DNA of 64,000 nucleotides from positions 320,001 to 384,000 of the forward strand of contig CAWHBU010000003.1 in NCBI GenBank assembly GCA_963827685.1, written 5' to 3'. The stretch is from an uncultured delta proteobacterium. Its GTDB lineage: Bacteria; Desulfobacterota; BSN033; UBA1163. The notes under the pieces were generated by a model that worked only from the letters and a program-made list of their open reading frames with translations, did not search any database and was not told the DNA's origin. A program made the translations under genes and the position numbers. This document shows, in pieces, positions 62,381 to 64,000 of the stretch; the stretch's first letter is position 1, and each line of letters opens with the position of its first letter.

Positions 62381-63226
62381 CTACGTCCGACGGCTAAGAT
62401 GTGTTTCTAACCACGCTTTGACATCTCCCAACACTTGGTCATGTTCCGGTTCGTTAAACACTTCGTGGTAAAGGCCATCGTAGATCTTGATTGTTTTATC
62501 GGCGGAGCTGACCGCATCGTATAACATCTGGGCGCCCTTCGGATCGACCAGCTTGTCTGCTCCGCCTTGCACAATCAAAATCGGAAGCGTTATCTTGGTG
62601 GCCTCGGCAGTGACACGCCGGATTGCCTTGACGAGTTCCGCTGACAGCCGCGCAGTGACTTTGCCACGGCATACCAGAGGATCATTGACATAGGCTTGCA
62701 CTACCGCAGGATCTCGAGACACCCCCTCTGCCTCCAACCCAATCAGTCCGAGCTTGGGCATCAAGACTGAAATCACCTTACCCACAAAAATGACAACCGG
62801 TGAGACGGTGCCGTGTACTTTGACAGCCGGTCCGGAAAGGACTGCACCTGTCAATTCAGCCTGGTGGTCGAGTAGGTATACTGCACCAATCAGCCCGCCC
62901 ATGCTGTGCCCCACCAAGAATATCGGTTGATCGGGCTGCCAATGGCGGACCATGTCAAAGTAAGTCTTCAGCGTAACCGTATAATCTTCAAATCGCTCCA
63001 CGTACACCCGCGTGCCGCTCGATTTGCCGTGTCCGATGTGATCAAGGGCGTAGACGGCATAACCAAGCGGAACGAAGTAATTGACAACGTTCATGTACCG
63101 TCCACTGTGTTCAGCCAGCCCGTGGATAATCAGCAGGATAGCTATTGACTTGCCCTCTGGCAACCAGGATTGGTAATAGATGCTGGCATCCCGCATCCCT
63201 TTGAACGTCCCCTCTTGATGTTTCAT
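62381..63226 (-). CDS. Monoacylglycerol lipase / lysophospholipase
   Basis: HGLAEHSGRY, GHSMGG, D..V and YHEVFNEP. Confidence 0.92.
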   Translation of the reverse strand: MKHQEGTFKGMRDASIYYQSWLPEGKSIAILLIIHGLAEHSGRYMNVVNYFVPLGYAVYALDHIGHGKSSGTRVYVERFEDYTVTLKTYFDMVRHWQPDQPIFLVGHSMGGLIGAVYLLDHQAELTGAVLSGPAVKVHGTVSPVVIFVGKVISVLMPKLGLIGLEAEGVSRDPAVVQAYVNDPLVCRGKVTARLSAELVKAIRRVTAEATKITLPILIVQGGADKLVDPKGAQMLYDAVSSADKTIKIYDGLYHEVFNEPEHDQVLGDVKAWLETHLSRRT

Positions 63227-63554
63227 TTTCTGATCTCCTCCTCTTAAATGCCTTATGGAATCATGTCCGTGCTAAGCAGAGCACTAAGATTGACCATGTG
63301 GAATGTCAGCTGACCCGCTTCCCACTAATCTCGCCAAATCACAACTTCCCTTAGATGATCAATCTTTTCTGGTGTCTTATTTCTTATTGCGGGCATACTT
63401 TTTTATTTTTGTTGCTGCATTCGTTAAATGACAAGGGCAACCCCTTCTGTTTTGATGCTATATCTCCATCCCGCATATGTAGAATTTCATAACAAAACTC
63501 GAAGCTCGGCGTCAAATGCAAGGATATGCGCAAAAATGTATTACCAAATTAATC

Positions 63555-63583
63555 TTGACTTACTTCATACAATATGGTATACA
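63555..63583 (+). promoter_or_regulatory. Promoter of the toxin-antitoxin operon
   Basis: TTGACT-N17-TATACA with a TG extension. Confidence 0.55.
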
Positions 63584-63611
63584 TTCATAAAAAGTTGTAC
63601 AGGAGAGATAT

Positions 63612-63872
63612 ATGGAGACAGCTGTAACCATTAAAGGCCAGGTCGTCATTCCAGCAAAGATCAGGCATCGTTTGGGAATTAAGAAGGGCACCAAGTTCTA
63701 TGTCGAAGAGCGAAAGGGGGAGATTATCCTTCGCCCCTTGAACAAGGAGTACTTCCAGGAGATGAGTGGTATTCTCAAGGAAGGAGGACTCGTCAAGGCA
63801 CTGGAAGAAACCAGAGCAAAGGATCTTGAGCGAGAGGAGGAGAAGATTGGCCGCCGCAAAGGTTCTCGATAG
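63612..63872 (+). CDS. AbrB/MazE-fold antitoxin (VapB-like)
   Basis: VTIKGQVVIPAKIRHRLGIKKG..EIILRP. Confidence 0.9.
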   Translation: METAVTIKGQVVIPAKIRHRLGIKKGTKFYVEERKGEIILRPLNKEYFQEMSGILKEGGLVKALEETRAKDLEREEEKIGRRKGSR

Positions 63873-64000
63873 CTGGGCACTTCTATGTTACCTTGAACAA
63901 GAACCCGGATTCGAAAAGATAATTGACCTCTTCGAGAAAGCCGTCGAATCCTCTAAACCTCTTTTAATGTGCATTGTCAACTGGGGGGAAGTCTATTACC
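63847..64000 (+). CDS. vapC: PIN-domain toxin (VapC-like), truncated by the window edge
   Basis: TTG 63847 after GAGGAGG gives MAAAKVLDSWALLCYLEQEPG..CIVNWGEVYY. It overlaps the antitoxin gene. Confidence 0.85.
   Translation, partial: MAAAKVLDSWALLCYLEQEPGFEKIIDLFEKAVESSKPLLMCIVNWGEVYY

Noticed and set aside
63230-63550. Long intergenic gap before the toxin-antitoxin pair
   Set aside because: I could see no convincing ORF, repeat or RNA structure.

Overview
A 64 kb chromosomal stretch from an anaerobic bacterium, most likely Desulfobacterota/Deltaproteobacteria (inferred from gene content and intergenic repeat style). I found no rRNA, tRNA, CRISPR array or prophage. Contents in order: trypsin-TPR protein, hisC, two sensor kinases, DUF47, glpABC, HAD/PiT/ABC transporter, a frameshifted lipase, Moco RNA motif + moaA-moaC-MOSC-mog, a type II R-M pair whose nuclease has an early amber stop, an oxalate oxidoreductase (OOR) operon, MacAB-der, two adenine deaminases, queH, divergent ppsA/ppdK and a VapBC pair. 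Three IS elements (IS1182, IS30, IS1202 families) are intact with readable IRs and target duplications. The top candidate for an undescribed system is an apparent single operon cdc48-gntR-oor(gamma,delta,alpha,beta)-oxlT, in which a p97/Cdc48-type AAA+ ATPase sits behind a FadR-type operator ahead of a four-subunit OOR. Other highlights are a G7-tract frameshift splitting a membrane anchor from a multi-PAS hybrid kinase, two unexplained structured non-coding elements flanking hisC, and a Moco motif followed by a terminator. All family calls come from motif recognition and recalled sequences, not database searches.
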